Shown here: positions 1 to 16,051 of the stretch, piece by piece
Layout of the letters: each line of letters opens with the position of its first letter
Position numbering within the stretch: the first letter of the stretch is position 1
Assembly (NCBI GenBank): GCA_964016885.1
Contig: OZ024742.1
Location: 325,996,001 to 326,060,000, forward strand
DNA: 64,000 nucleotides
Source: Eledone cirrhosa
Lineage: Eukaryota
Reading direction: 5' to 3'
Notes under the pieces: generated by a model
What the model was told of the DNA's origin: nothing
The model's database searches: none
What the model saw: only the letters and a program-made list of their open reading frames with translations
Translations under genes and position numbers: made by a program

Positions 1-68
1 TCCTTACATTTATTTATTGTCTTTCAAAGATCTTGAAATATGCAAATATTAATATACATATATTTACT

Positions 69-99
<31 letters not shown>

Positions 100-104
100 G
101 TGTG

Positions 105-144
<40 letters not shown>

Positions 145-148
145 CATG

Positions 149-197
<49 letters not shown>

Positions 198-247
198 GTG
201 TGTGTCTGTGCGTCTCTGTGCGAGTATTTGAATTCTTATATGGAGAA

Positions 248-432
248 ATAATTGTTTCTACTTTTGGCACAAGGCCAGCAATTACACAATGCACTACTGG
301 TACTTTATTCTATCGACCCCGGAAAGATGAAAGGCAAAGTTAACCTCGGCGGGATTTGAACTCAGATCATACAGGGAGGTAACTCTATGCTTCAAAGCAT
401 GGCATCCGATCCTCTACCGATACTGCCAATCC
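248..432 (-). mobile_element. tRNA-derived SINE, family S1, full length
   Basis: Minus strand has an A-box-like TGGCAGTATCGG, B-box GAGTTCAAATCC, central GCCTTTCATC..GGGGTCGATAGAATAAAGTACCAG block and 3' end AACAATTAT. Near-identical copies at 15751, 15942, 36270 and 53902. Confidence 0.85.
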
Positions 433-1109
433 ACATGTTCCATATTCTTAATAAATTGGTACGAACAACAAAAAATAGTCAAAGATGTGCGCAAGACTTA
501 CATATATTTCTACATAATGTATATATATATATAAATATGTATGCATATATATATATATATCTGCGGGGGGGGGGGGGGGCGTGTATGTTTATATACATGG
601 TTATGCATACACTCACACACATATGAAAACACGTATAAGTACACACATATATACACATATATATGAATGTGTGTATATATATATATATATAAAATTTAAA
701 AGAACGGAGTTAAAGACTAGCGTTAATACCCTGTAATTTAATGAGCTCAAAGAATGGAATCCGGGCTCTTTATAAGACAGCATGCATATAGAGAAAAATA
801 CACAAAGAGGTATGTGTTCAATTATAGGAGATAGAATACCACTAGAGTGAAAAACATATTGTCTAAGAAATGGATAGAGAATACATATCAATTAAACGAA
901 TAAATTAAAATGGACAGAACATCCTTTTATAACTATAACACCTGGACAAACTCAAATAAGAGAATGTTTCGCTGTAAAAAGTGAAGATTCCATATTGCAG
1001 AAGGCCTTATCATCACGTCGATTCGTAGACAATATGTTTTTCATTCTGTTGCTATTCTATCCCCTATACTGAACACATAGCTTTTGGTATATTTTTCATT
1101 ATATACTGA

Positions 1110-1412
<303 letters not shown>

Positions 1413-4400
1413 TGTTTCTTTATTAGCCACAGGGGCACAAACGAAGGGTACAAATACAAAGTAGGAAGTTTACATACAATAAAAACGTGTAAAATGTTTT
1501 CACAAGTGCAATTTAAAAAATTAGTCGATTTTCCCCAATAGGGGGAGACAGTTCATATGGGTAACACATACCCCCGAAAAAATGTGAAACCCTCATCTCC
1601 AGGAGTACGAAGAGCTTGTACTCCTTTCCTCTCCTCCTCCTTTTCCTCAAGACAGGCTGATATAGAGAGAAGGCCCATTCACTCGGGCCATTCTCGCCAC
1701 TTTCACCCACCTTTCATAAAACTTGCTGGAATACCGCACATCTCTCTCCATGCTGATTCTTCTTCCAAAGTGGTATTTGAAAAAAAGAATCAGTTGTTGG
1801 CCGGAGAGAAAGGTGTCTGACCTCAGCCCTTTCAACCTTGTCCACCATACAACCTCTTTCGCCATAGCTATCACACGAAGGAAAACCGCCTCTCCTTCGT
1901 TTTTGATCATGACAATGGACTCGGTGGTCAACCGGATTGGTCCCACCCGCGACAATAGTCGTTCTACATAGCCCCACAGGTCAGTGACGCCTGGGAAGTG
2001 TATGAATGCGTGCGCGAAGGTTTCTTTGTTACGCACGCACCTCGGACAGATCTTTTTTGCAGGGTCCCTGCCCGGGCGCCCATGTCTGTAGAGCTTGTCT
2101 CGAACTGGTAGAGCTCCTCAGTAGCACTGTCAGGCCAGGGACTTTTGGAAGTTGTCCATCGGTCCCGGGCGGAAGGTCCTACCGAACAGACTGGGCAGTT
2201 CATCTTCCACTACGCCTAGAGTTTCACCGAGCGCGTCGTCGCACTTGATGCGGATCAACCCTCTATAGAATGACGAAGTGGAGTCTCCACTGATCGCCGG
2301 GTCCGCCTGCCAGAGGGCTGTGAGCGCCTGAGCACATTCGATGTGCCAGTCGCCCATTTTCCTCGGTCTTTGCTTGACCCAGGACTGCAGCTCGGTCAGC
2401 GAGACGAGTCGTCCAAAGGCTCGCCTCACGAACGGGGCCCACACCGGTTGTCCAATGAGGAATACGTAGAGATGCCGCAGCCTGAGCGCGTGTTTGCGCG
2501 TCGTCGACCACGGCACCCCAGCCCTCCGTTAGAAGGGTGTTGGCAGCAGATGGATCTTCTCACCAAAGGAGCCCGCCTCTTCCAAAGGAATTGGAAGAGC
2601 GCGCGCTCCATTTTGGAGAGCGTTTTGGCTGGACAAGGCACGACGGTCAAGCGGTAGTAGATTGCGGACGCTATAAAAGTGTTCGCCACCTCCGCTCGAC
2701 CTTTCAAGGATAGTTTGCACTCGGCCTACTTCTGGGTGAGTACAAACACCTTGGCCGTCACTTCGTTCCAGTTCTTCTCCACCTGGAGGTCCGGACCAAA
2801 CCAGACCCCAAGCAGCTTTACCGGTCCTTCCGTCCAGTGTCCGACAACGCCATCGGAAGGCATCGGTTTGCCTCTCCACGATCCGAGTTGCAAATCGATG
2901 GACTTGTCCCGGTTCAGCTTCGCTCCTGTTAAACTTTCGTATTTCTTCAGTAAGGTGCGGACTTCCTCGATTTGCGAGGCGCTCGACACCATTACTGTTA
3001 CGTCGTAGGCGTAGGCCGACGGCGCTTTCCGCAGTCCCTGTTCCAGAGGGATGCCCTGCAATAGCTCCAACTTCCGCAGTAGAGGTTCGAGAGTCAGTAC
3101 GTACTGAAGGTAGGAGAGTGGGCATCCCTGTCGAATGGATCGCGTAATATGGAACGGCTCCGAGAGGTAGCCGTTCACCTTGACCCTTGAGCAGATGTTG
3201 CTGTTGTTCATTGCAGCAATCCAGCCCCTGAACATGGGTCCGAAGCCTGTCGCCTCGAGCACCGCATCCAGGTAACGATGCTCAACCCTATCGAAAGCCT
3301 TAGACTGATCCAAGTTGATCAGGGCCCCACCGAAGCCGGGTTTACACCCTACCCTCTCTATTATGTATCGCATGAGGTGGAGGTTGTCGTGTATGGACCT
3401 GGTCGGGATTGTGCATGACTGCGCTTCTCCCACCAGGTTCTCGACGACAAGCGCCAGCCTCTTTGCCAACACCTTGGCCAAAATCTGTAACTCTGTGTTT
3501 AGCAGAGTTATGGGCCGGAAGTTGCCTATGTCATCCCCCTTATTCTCGTCCTTCCTGACTAGTGTGACCACGTCCCCGGTTACAGAACTGGGAATTCTCT
3601 CGTTCTGTTGCCAGTTACAGTAGACCGCTTCCAGGAGACTGGAGAATAAGTCCTGCATTGCTACGTAATATTCGTAGGGTAGACCGTCGAGACCTGGAGA
3701 TTTGTGTTTGGCGCATTGGCTCTGCGCGTCCCCTATCTCAGTGGCTGAAATCGGCTTTTCGCAGAACTTTACCTCGCTGTCCGAGAGTCGCGGTAGGCCG
3801 TCGAGGTATGGACTGAAATCCATAGCCCCTCCCGGCGCGCCGCCCCGCCCGAACAGTTGAGCAAAGTGCCGCTGAAAGGCCGCACATATCTGCTTCGGCT
3901 CACGTATCACGCGTCCGTTTTGGTCCTTCAAAAACCGAATCGTGGACTTGTTTCCACTTTTTGCCTCCGTCACTCGGGCCCATGTAACAGCTTTGGCTCC
4001 CTCGTTTCCCAGAGCACGTATTTTGCTTCTGACAACGCAGCCCTCGTGCTTTGCGTCGAAGAACTGGTCCAAGACCGTTCTCGTTGCTAGCATTGCCTCT
4101 TCTACTTTATCTACCAGTTCCTTCTCGGTTCTATTACTATCTAACGCTAATTCTTTACTAAAAACTAACGTGTCTAATCTAACTGCCCTCTTGAGAGAGT
4201 ACCACCATCTGTTGTTGACAATGGCCATTGTCAAGTGCTGTTTAACTAAAGTGCTAATCCGTCTACTGTAGGCTTTGCTTGTCGGTAACGACAAGTTCAG
4301 CTTCCAGTAGCCGGGTCCTTGTCTATGGGTTCTATCAAGGTTGGTCATGCAGGTCACTAGTTTGTGATCTGAATAGGAAACCATGAACATTTGTGGACAG

Positions 4401-4770
4401 CATAACATGTCCCTATCCTTATTTCTAACTAGAACCCTATCTAGGTACGATCTAGATGTTCCGCTAGAATGAGTCCACGTCCACAGTGGCACAGTCGGAA
4501 AATCTAGTCGATATCTATCGGCCAGGTCAAATCGGTCGATTAACTGTTTGAGGCTGTTACACCCCCTTTATCGGGACATGCTCCCATATAGTCCCAACGT
4601 GCATCTAGGATTCCATTCCAGTCCCCCACTAAAAGCAAGGAGCGGGACGTTCCCAGAAAAGTCTCTAGACGTTTGAACAAGTCTGGCCGTGGTGTCCCGG
4701 ATGGGGCATATGCAGCCACCAGTCTGAAGGCTCTACCTTAACTACCGTCAACTTCTAGGACCACCAGTCG
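1413..4770 (-). mobile_element. Tx1/L1-clade LINE, 5'-truncated, frameshifted ORF2 (APE-RT-CCHC)
   Basis: APE motifs (RLVAAYAP, YLDRVLV, SDHKLV, GPGYWKLN), RT motifs (KSPGLDGLP, NFRPITLLN, LDQSKAFDRV, RQGCPLS, AYAYDV for YADD), a C-terminal LAWQCY..ALPVRDKL...CPRC zinc knuckle and AATAAA near the 3' end. Confidence 0.92.
2726..4492 (-). pseudogene. Tx1 ORF2 fragment, 588 aa (APE C-terminus + RT), catalytic DD mutated to YD
   Basis: ORF-track translation; flanking frameshifts and stops. Confidence 0.85.
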
Positions 4771-5356
4771 AACATACTACACTGCCAATACAGAGGAACA
4801 AAGCAACTACACACGCACACACACACTCAAGCGAGACAACAACACACGCACACACACACACAGTAACATTTAACAAACAGGCAGAGAATGGACTGACAGC
4901 TAGCGCCACCCCACTCCCTCATTCGGCCGCTGACTTCTGCCCGACCGACCCCATTTCACGCGCACGCGCGCTCTGCAGAATACCTCAGATATTCAAAACA
5001 ACAAACAGCAGAGGACGCGTTTCGCACCTGTCCGACAGACAATCTTTACCCCGGAGAAAAAACCCCAGTTGATGGATGTGAATCCGAAATATATAGGGAC
5101 TATTAAATCTCTCCCAAGGTAACTCTCTCTTGTGTTGTTATTTTAATTTTATCTTTTATACTCTTCCCTTTTTTCTTCTACACATTTACACATCTTTACA
5201 CACCACGCATCTCAACGTACACCCACTTACATCTATCTCTCCACCACGGGATCTTGTTACCCGGAGATTTACCCATTTGCATTGTCGAGGCTTCCAAACG
5301 ACTTAAAGATATTTATATATTATTCCACAATGCTTCAAGCAAACTTCAATACTCTG

Positions 5357-6185
<829 letters not shown>

Positions 6186-6599
6186 TTTCAAGCTTATTAG
6201 CTATCGTCAGCAACGTATACCTTCCTGCCAGATGATTGAACGTCTGAAAGTATATACTTTCCTTATGCATATTAACGGCTGAGCAGCCTAATTTGCATAT
6301 CGAGTGAGTTAATCGGCCGGGTGTACCGAAAACGATAAAAGAAAAAAATGAAACGAAATTTCATTTCCCACTCTTAGTACGGCTGTTACTTAAATATAAG
6401 TATGTATACGTACATACATATATGTATACAGACGTACAGTAGTATGTATATATGTATATACATGCACACATATATATATGTACGTATAGATTCACCGAAC
6501 ATTTATTATTATGCTCGGTCTGTTTGTAAATAAACATCCCTAATTAAGCCGTAGTGTCTAGCAACCATCGTTGCTCGTTTGTTCAACACTGACAAAGGA

Positions 6600-6642
6600 A
6601 CGCTGTACTAGTTTCAAGCTTATTAGCTATCGTCAGCAACGT
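6600..6642 (-). ncRNA. Minimal type I hammerhead ribozyme (family A)
   Basis: ACGUUG-CUGACGA-UAGCUAAUAAGCUU-GAAAC-UA-GUA-CAGCGU. Confidence 0.8.
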
Positions 6643-7263
6643 ATACCTTCCTACCAGATGATTGAACGTCAGAAAGTATATACTTTCCTTATGCATTATC
6701 AAAAACGATAAACGGAAAATATGAAACGAAATTTCATTTCCCACTCTTAGTACGGCTGTTACTTAAATATAAGTATGTATACGTGCATACATATATGTAT
6801 ACAGACGTATAGTAGTATGTATATATGTATATACATACATGCACACATATATATATGTACGTATGGATTCACCGAACATTTATTATTATGCTCGGTGTGT
6901 TTGTAAACAAACATCCCGTATTAAGCAGTAGTGTCTAGCAACCATCGTTGCTCGTTTGCTTAACAATTACAAATCATCGCTGTACTAGTTTCAAGCTTAT
7001 TAGCTATCGTCATTTCAAGCTTATTAGCTGCTCAGCCGTTAATATGCATAAGGAAAATATATGTATGTACGTATACATACTTATATTTAAGTAACAGCCG
7101 TACTAAGAGTGGAAAATGAAATTTCGTCTAATTTTTTCCGTTTATCGTTTACGGGGCCCGCGGCCGATTAACCCACTCGATATGCAAATTAGGTTGCTCA
7201 GCCGTTAATATGCATAAGGAAAGTATATACTTTCAGACGTTCAATCATCTGGCAGGAAGGTAT

Positions 7264-7306
7264 ACGTTGCTGACGATAGCTAATAAGCTTGAAACTAGTA
7301 CAGCGT
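7264..7306 (+). ncRNA. Minimal type I hammerhead ribozyme (family A); predicted cleavage after 7300
   Basis: ACGTTG CTGACGA TAGCTAATAAGCTT GAAAC TA GTA CAGCGT: 6-bp stem I, AGC/GCU stem II and palindromic ACUAGU stem III. Confidence 0.8.
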
Positions 7307-7509
7307 TCCTTTGTCAGTGTTGAACAAACGAGCAACGATGGTTGCTAGACACTCTACGGCTTTATTCGGGTTGTTTGTTTACAAACACACCGAGCATTAT
7401 AATAAATGTTCAGTGAATCTATACGTACATATATATATGTCTGCATGTATGTATATATATATACATACTACTGTACGTCTGTATACATATATGTATGTAC
7501 GTATACATA

Positions 7510-7912
<403 letters not shown>

Positions 7913-8529
7913 TTAATTAATTGTTTAAGTTTGTTTAATAACTTCTAGTCGAGTGCTTTATTCGGTTTGAATAAGGGGATTCATTCCTTTATCTCAAATT
8001 AGAATACACCGCCTAAGCGGGGGTTACCTCCCTTTGAGAAAACCACGTGTCTGTGCCGACCTTTAAAGTTACAACATGCCCGCTTTGGCTAAGAACGAAA
8101 GACTTGCTGAAGAAGTAAATCCTATGTTCTGTCGTCAAAAACCAATATATTGCAGACTACTGCAATAGGAATTTGTCGATCATGGATTTGCAGAAACTTA
8201 GCGCTGATGTTGCGTGCGATATTGCGATCTATATTGTGGATACCCCATGTGGGTTATATATTTTACACTCAGCCTCAGCGTTATGTCCTGGTCAGTAAAA
8301 CATCTTTTCCTGGGTCCTGTATTTTCGTTGCTCTGGTAATGCGGTCGGACTGCCGACTGCTCTGCTATATCTGATTTGCTAAGCTCTCTGAACATAATGT
8401 TATTATTCTGGGGTCTTACCTTATCTGAGTGTTAAAGCTACAGACCGAATATGCATACACGCTAGCTTGGCTGTATACTAGAGCTTCGTCTATGCTGTAC
8501 TAAAATTTATATATATATATATATATATA

Positions 8530-10106
8530 ATGAAAAATGTGAACAGGGACAGAACAGAGAGGCAGTACAATAAATGTTTATTAAATTCACGCTCAGGAGA
8601 GTGGGAGGTAGGTGGGGGACGACGTTTCGGGCATAAGCCCTTCCTCAGGTTAGAAGTGTGTTGGAACAGAGTTCAAAAGGTGTGTAGGGGAGTGGTGGAG
8701 AGACATATATCGAAAGGAAACGGTGCGAATGAAAAATTAACAAATAAAGATAAAAAATATAAAAAATAAAAATAAAGCATGATCAAAATACAAGAAATGA
8801 GAAAATTTAAAAATAAATGCATGATCAAAATAAACTGAAATTAAAAGGGGGGTAAACAGGTGGTGGAAGGGTGTGGGGTGAGTAGGGGTGGTGGCGGGTC
8901 GAGTGGGGAGAGGGAGACGGGGTGTCCGAGCGGGGAGGGCTGAAGGTGGTGTGTGTGTGTAGGTGCGCGTGTGTGTGTGTGCGTGTGTATGTGAAAGTGA
9001 GGGTTGGTGGAAGAACGGAGTTGCATGTTCAGGAAGAGGTGTGTGTGGGGGGTATTTTTGTGGGTTGGAGTGTCTGTGCGTGTGTGGATAGGAGGGTGGG
9101 GGGAGAGGAATCAGGAGGCTGAGGGTGTAAATATGTGGTGGGAAGCACGTGTGTGTGTGGTTTAAGCGTGTTGTGGGTGTGGGTGGCGTGTGGAGAAAAA
9201 ACATATTTTTGGGGTGTGTGTGTGGGTGAGTTATATAGGTGATGACGTAAGAGGATGGTTGAAAAGTTGGTAAGTTCCGAGGATGTTTGGAGATTTGGTT
9301 ATAAGTCAATTTCTGCGTGTGGGTAATCCATGAAGCGGTGGTCGGAAGAGGAGAGATGTGGGGTGCGCGCGCAACAGGAAGTGGTCAGCAGTGGAAGTGC
9401 TGTGGTCTGTTGGTGCAGGGAGGTGGTCAGAAGGGCATAGCAGCAGTCGGTGGAATGGTAGGGGGGCGAGGATGGGTAGGTGTGAGAGTTGAGTGAGGAG
9501 GGGGTGTATGTGTGTGTGTGTGTGTATTAGTAGGGGTGTTAGTGGGATGAGTGAGTGTGGAGCGGGGGTGTGGGTGGAGCGGGGAGAGAAGGGTGTGTGT
9601 GGTTCTATGGAGGGAGTGTGGTGTACTGGTGTGTGTGTAGTTTGGTGAAGAGGTGTTAGTGGGTGTTAGTATACGGGAGGTGGGGAGGGGTGGAATGCAG
9701 GTGTGAGTGGGGGTTAGTGGTGGTAGGGTGTGTAGAGTTGGTGGTGTACGAGGGTGTGTGGGTACGTGTGCGTGGGGTTGGGGGTGTTAGTGATGTTAGT
9801 TGTGTGTGGGGTGGGTGGTGTAAGTGGGTGCATGTGTGCGTGTGATAAGGAGGGGGGAGAAGGAGAAGAGGGGAGGGAAGGGATGTTAGTATGTTAGTTG
9901 GGGAAGGGTGGTCAGATGAGGGGTGAAGTGGAGGTGTTAGTATTGTTAGTGTGGGGTGGGCGGTGAAAAGGAGGGGTGTGTTAGTGGTGTAAGTGGGGGA
10001 TAAGTGTGGGGGGAGGGGGACGGTCGAACGCTAAAGGAATAAGGGTGGGGAGTTCAGGCCGGGGGGGAGTGTGGGTCTGTAAGATGAAGATAGTTCGTTG
10101 TTCGAC
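8530..10106 (-). mobile_element. 5'-truncated copy of the Neptune-like PLE at 56640-61330 (last codons + 3' UTR)
   Basis: The reverse complement matches ~59715-61330. HHR-like CTGAGGA AGGGCTTATGCCC GAAACGTC at 8621-8648. (TA)n on both sides. Confidence 0.88.
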
Positions 10107-10398
10107 CGTAATATATATATATATTCGACCGTATATATATATATATAAGCAAATAAATAATTGTAGGAGTCGCAAGTCGTTATAACAAAATATTTATATA
10201 ATTCTTTCATGATGTTTCACCCACATTAATTAATAATAATTTAAGCTCTTCAGAGAAAGTATATTTGTTAGTACAGATGTCTATCATAATCAATATAACT
10301 AGCCGAGTTGGTTTTAAATACATTTGTGATTTCGGAATTCACATCGCAGTGCCTGGTAATCAATATATATAAAAACCACAAACACTCCATCTCAATTC

Positions 10399-10438
10399 TA
10401 CTTTTGAAAAGCATAAGAAATGTGAAACCGGTAATGTA
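10399..10438 (+). ncRNA. HHR-like motif with U3-A8 core
   Basis: TACTT TTGAAAA GCAT AAGAA ATGT GAAAC CG GTA ATGTA. Confidence 0.55.
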
Positions 10439-10526
10439 AACAAATAAATATTCTTAAAATGACTCCAGTTGCATTTTCAATTTCATCTCTTTCCTCATAT
10501 ATATATATATATATATACTTATATAT

Positions 10527-11675
<1,149 letters not shown>

Positions 11676-12269
11676 ATAATAATAATACAAAATCAAAATC
11701 AAAAGCATGGGGTGGAATACATGCAACAGTTAAAACAAGGGAACAGTCAAAATAATAAAGAGGCATTGAGTAAGCAGTTTTGAGAAAGGAAGAGTGCGAT
11801 AACAATTCATATGCAGGCAATTCATATGCAGGCAATTCATATGCAATTCATATGCAGTTGTGACTGCGTAGGTCATATACATGAGAAGGAGACAAGCAAA
11901 GCTATTATGCATATATAAAAGAATAAATACTGCAGTTAGAGCAATTGTGTTAATGTCTCAGAGTCTATGGTGGGTGTTGGATGTTTATGGTGTTCGAATT
12001 CATGTGTGTTGAGAAACATACAGTTTTTGCAGACATTTCCATGACATATGTTGAAATAAAGTTTAGTTGGTGTTTATATTGAGTGTTTTAAGTTAGTGAG
12101 AGCAATGGATTGTAAATTAGTGTTAATGAATTCATATTCATAGACTATATTTGAACAAGCGTTAAATTTTCAATCGTTAATTTCCGGAAGTGAATAAGGG
12201 GAGCTAATGCGTAAGGGGAGGTAACTAGCTAATTAAGTTCAGTTCAGTTATTAAAATTCTTTGTTCTAA

Positions 12270-13221
12270 TCTATATATATAAAACTGTGGTTGTCTGTCT
12301 GTCTATCGATTTTTGGCACACATCTCCTCTTAGAATCTCTCACGGAATTGCACCGAAATTGCTAGACTTGTACATTGAGCCCTAGCGAAGACATTGGAAA
12401 AAAAATAATTTCAAATTGACCCACCCTATGTGGCGAAATCGAATATAATGTATCGATTTTTGAGCGTAAGTTATCAGTTATTTCCCTTTGTTCTGTTTAT
12501 ATTGAGCGTCTTACGTAAACAATTACGCTGGCTTTAACAGTTGTCGAGCCAGCAAAATATTGACCTGCAAAATTCATCAGTTCGAACACTAAGCTTCCGT
12601 TTTGCTTCATTTCCATTTAAAAGCATTTTAAAACAATATTTTTACTTGAAAACAAGTCTATTTAAAGACTACGTAAAACAAGCAAATATTTCGTCGTTAG
12701 GCGTGCAGACAGACAGTTGTGCAGACAGACAGTCGTGCAGAGAGGTGATATACGCGTGCAGACAGACAGTCGTGCAGAGAGGTGATATAGGCGTGCAGAC
12801 AGACAGTCGTGCAGAGAGGTGATATACGCGTGCAGACAGACAGTCGTGCAGAGAGGTGATATAGGCGTGCAGACAGACAGTCGTGCAGAGAGGTGATATA
12901 GGCGTGCAGACAGACATAACTGATAATTTGGTTACGCTAATGTTTTTCTCTGCGTTGCAGTGTTTACATTTTCGATCTTTGTTAATAAATAACCAGTGTA
13001 GTTTCTATCCCCAGCATCCTCTTTTGTTATAACATTCGGGTTATCGTTATGTTTTCTTAACTTCATAAGGCATATTGTTGGTTGAGGGAATATTAATCAA
13101 AAACACCACATGCAAGTCTGCACAGTAGACACTACAGTTTTTAAGCCAAGAAAGAAACTTAACATTGTAACTTTAACACAGCTACTGAGCGACCCCGAGC
13201 AACGCCGGGCTTTACTGCTAG
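12270..13221 (+). mobile_element. Non-autonomous Helitron
   Basis: 5' TCTATATATATAAAA after a host A; subterminal hairpin CCCG-AGCAACGC-CGGG (13194-13209); 3' CTAG followed by a host T; no TSD. Confidence 0.85.
12699..12916. repeat. 37-bp minisatellite inside the Helitron (~5 units)
   Basis: GGCGTGCAGACAGACAGTCGTGCAGAGAGGTGATATA repeated with period 37. Confidence 0.92.
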
Positions 13222-13639
13222 TACACAATATAATGTGATACCATTGGATCTCTGTTACATAACCCTGTATATTTATGCCTGATTTTACAATATAGTGTAG
13301 TCTACTATCATACATTAAAGGTTTCTTAAGATTGTTATCTATTCGTTCCTGGACAAATTATATGTCATGAAGGATCATACAGCTGTTAATATGTCATAAT
13401 AGATCTGCTACATGTGCAATAACATCTTCCGTAAAGTAGAATGCTCTCACATTTTATATTTAATTATAAGTGCATATATTATGTTGTGCAATTTACTCAT
13501 TTACTTATATAACCATAAATGCACATATAGTCCATCATCATGCATTTCATTAAATGTCTCTACATACCAAGTGCCAAATATCCATTACTGCATTTGATAT
13601 AATTAATCTATTGAAGTTATATCACAAGGTGGTAACTCT

Positions 13640-14511
13640 GTTTAATTCTAACTGTTATTGCAGAGCATAAGGTTATAGATGAATAGGAGTTGTGTAGCGG
13701 AAAGTGTTGGTCGAGGGGTTTGTAGTTGTGGGTGCTGCTAAGTCCTAGATGTGTAGTGTTAATGGTGGTGGTGGATTCAAATCTGACATTGTTGTATACT
13801 AACAGCTAGGTTTAAAGTTATGGAACGAGTGTCGGTACCGGTGTTGGCACGAAGAAAACGCCTCTGAGTTTCTATTAAGGTGGTCTAGTTTCGAAAAGAT
13901 TATAGTATGGGTCTCCAGAAGGCAGAGATTACATAATTCATTCGGTGGTTTATACGATGAGGCCCTATCTACTACTTCCAATTGCAGTGTAAATGGTCTA
14001 TTCCTAGTTTTCAGAAAGTGTATATAGGTAGATAAAGAAGTGGAGCTGGCTAGATTGTGTTTTTTGAAAGAGTAGAAGTGCGAGTTGTATCTCGTCTTGA
14101 AGTTGTTCGAAGTATAACCTATATATGTTTTCGAAGAGTTGTTTGCGTTGACGGTGCATGAGTAGATGATGTCTTTGGTTAGGCAATTAATACCTAAGGG
14201 GCAAGTTCTATTAGTTCTAGTTACATTTATTCTGGGTGTTAGCTTGCCGGTTCCTATGTTGTGAAAAATTCTGGTTGCTAGGGGTAGCATTAGGGTAATG
14301 ATGCCTATCATTCGAATTGCTAATGATTTCATTAGTGCTATTATCATTATCACCATTATTACTACCATTGTTTACAGGTGCTAAGTTTACCCCTTTTGTG
14401 GTTTAATTAGTTGGAAAAAGCTATTAATCTTCCCTTTATTACTACTAGCTATATGGTATGCTATGTTAGGTGTGGTGACGTACGATATTTTAATTGTATT
14501 TTTATTGATAA

Positions 14512-14512
<1 letters not shown>
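13640..14512 (-). mobile_element. PLE 3' fragment with well-preserved GIY-YIG domain (ORF 13799-14368)
   Basis: [16 protein letters not shown] linker; CPLGINCLTKDIIYSCTV...TYIGYTSNNFKTRYNSHFYSF...CNLCLLE...LNRNSE...CQH. The 3' boundary is uncertain. Confidence 0.85.
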
Positions 14513-14559
<47 letters not shown>

Positions 14560-14569
<10 letters not shown>

Positions 14570-15180
14570 ACGTACATACATATATGTATACAGACGTACA
14601 GTAGTATGCATATATGTATATACATGCACAACTATATATATGTACGTATGGATTCACCGAACATTTATTATCATGCACGGTGTGTTTGTAAATAAACATC
14701 CCGTATTAAGCCGTAGTGTCTAGCAACCATCTCTACTCGTTTGTTCAACACTGACAAAGGAACGCTGTACTAGTTTCAAGTTTATTAGCTATCTTCAGCA
14801 ACGTATACCTTCCTGCCAGATGAGTGAACGTCTGAAAGTATATACTTTGCTGATGCAGACGTTCAATCATCTGGCAGGAAGGTATACGTTGCTGACGATA
14901 GCTAATAAGCTTGAAACTAGTACAGCGTTCCTTTGTCAGTGTTGAACAAACAAGCAACGATGGTTGCTAGACACTACGGCTTAATAACGGGATGTTTGTT
15001 TACAAACACACCGTGCATTATAATAAATGTTCGGTGCATCCATACGTTCATATATATATGTGTGCATGTATGTATATATATATACATACCACTGTACGTC
15101 TGTATACATATATGTATGTACGTATACATACTTATATTTAAGTAACAGCCGTACTAAGAGTGGGAAATGAAATTTCTTTC
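14560..15180. mobile_element. Fold-back copy of family A HHR repeat (HHRs at 14762-14804 minus and 14886-14928 plus)
   Basis: ~275-bp inverted arms around a loop at 14835-14855. Same sequence as 6183-7512. The right arm is extended. Confidence 0.85.
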
Positions 15181-15750
15181 TTTGAATTTTTCAGCAAAAC
15201 AATTACTATAAATGGGAAATATTCAGAAAAGATTGAAATAAAGCATAACAGAAATAAAGCATAACAAAAATGGTTGTTGCGAATGGCATATATAATTATT
15301 ATCTGATTGTGTTCATATACTTTAGAGCGGGCTTTCATGAAAAGATAAAATACATTTCAGGTACCAAACTCCACTGTATGTGTAATATTGCGACATGGGT
15401 AAGACTTTGCATTAGAACCACGCCGTTCCGGTTTTCTTTCTATTGCACGGAACCATATGTAAGTCCATTTTACTATTTCACTCACGTGGTAATGGTCAAC
15501 ATGATATTATAGTAAAAAGGGTCTTGGCTCTGTTTCTGTCAGTGGAAGCAAAACCCGAACCGCCTCATTGCAATGCGAATTCTTTAACTGCACCGTCACA
15601 TCTCCAACTATATGTGAGTTTCTTAATGAATTGTTGCCAAACTGTATTTCACCACTGTACATTATTTATGCTGTTAACTTAATATTGTTTTAGATACTGA
15701 GTACAAATCAAGCGGTGGTCACATTTGTCTTTCATCCTTGTAGATAAAAT

Positions 15751-16051
15751 ATAATTGTTTCTACTTTTGGCACAAGGCCAGCAATTACCCAGTGTATTAC
15801 TGGTACTTTATCTTATCAACCCCGTATGGATGAAAGGCAAATTCAACCTCGACGGGATTTGAACTCAGATCGTAAGGGGACGTAACTATGCTGGAAAGCA
15901 TGGCGTCCGACCTTCTACCGATACTGCCAATAACCCAAAATATAATTGTTTCTACTTTTGGAACAAGGCCAGTACAATTACCCAGTACATTACTAGTACT
16001 TTATTTTATCGACCCCGTAAGGATGAAAGGCAAAGTAAACCTCAGCGGGAT
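15751..16051 (-). mobile_element. Two tandem S1 SINEs (full 15751-15931; 5'-truncated 15942-16051)
   Basis: Match to 248-432. Confidence 0.85.

Noticed and set aside
340-432. tRNA gene suggested by A/B boxes
   Set aside because: No cloverleaf; it is the head of a dispersed SINE whose other copies have TSDs.
2726-4492. Active or domesticated reverse transcriptase gene
   Set aside because: The catalytic motif is mutated, the element is 5'-truncated and there are downstream frameshifts.
4990-5100. HHR-like halves (GAAACGCGTC minus; GGATGTGAATCC GAAA TATATA plus)
   Set aside because: No intact CUGANGA partner; probably decayed PLE ends, so not called as ribozymes.
10205-10260. Minus-strand CTGAAGA...GAAAC motif
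   Set aside because: Stem III and the cleavage triplet are disrupted; too degenerate to call.
12699-12916. 37-bp repeats resembling a CRISPR array
   Set aside because: There are no unique spacers and no cas genes; it is a tandem minisatellite in a eukaryotic Helitron.
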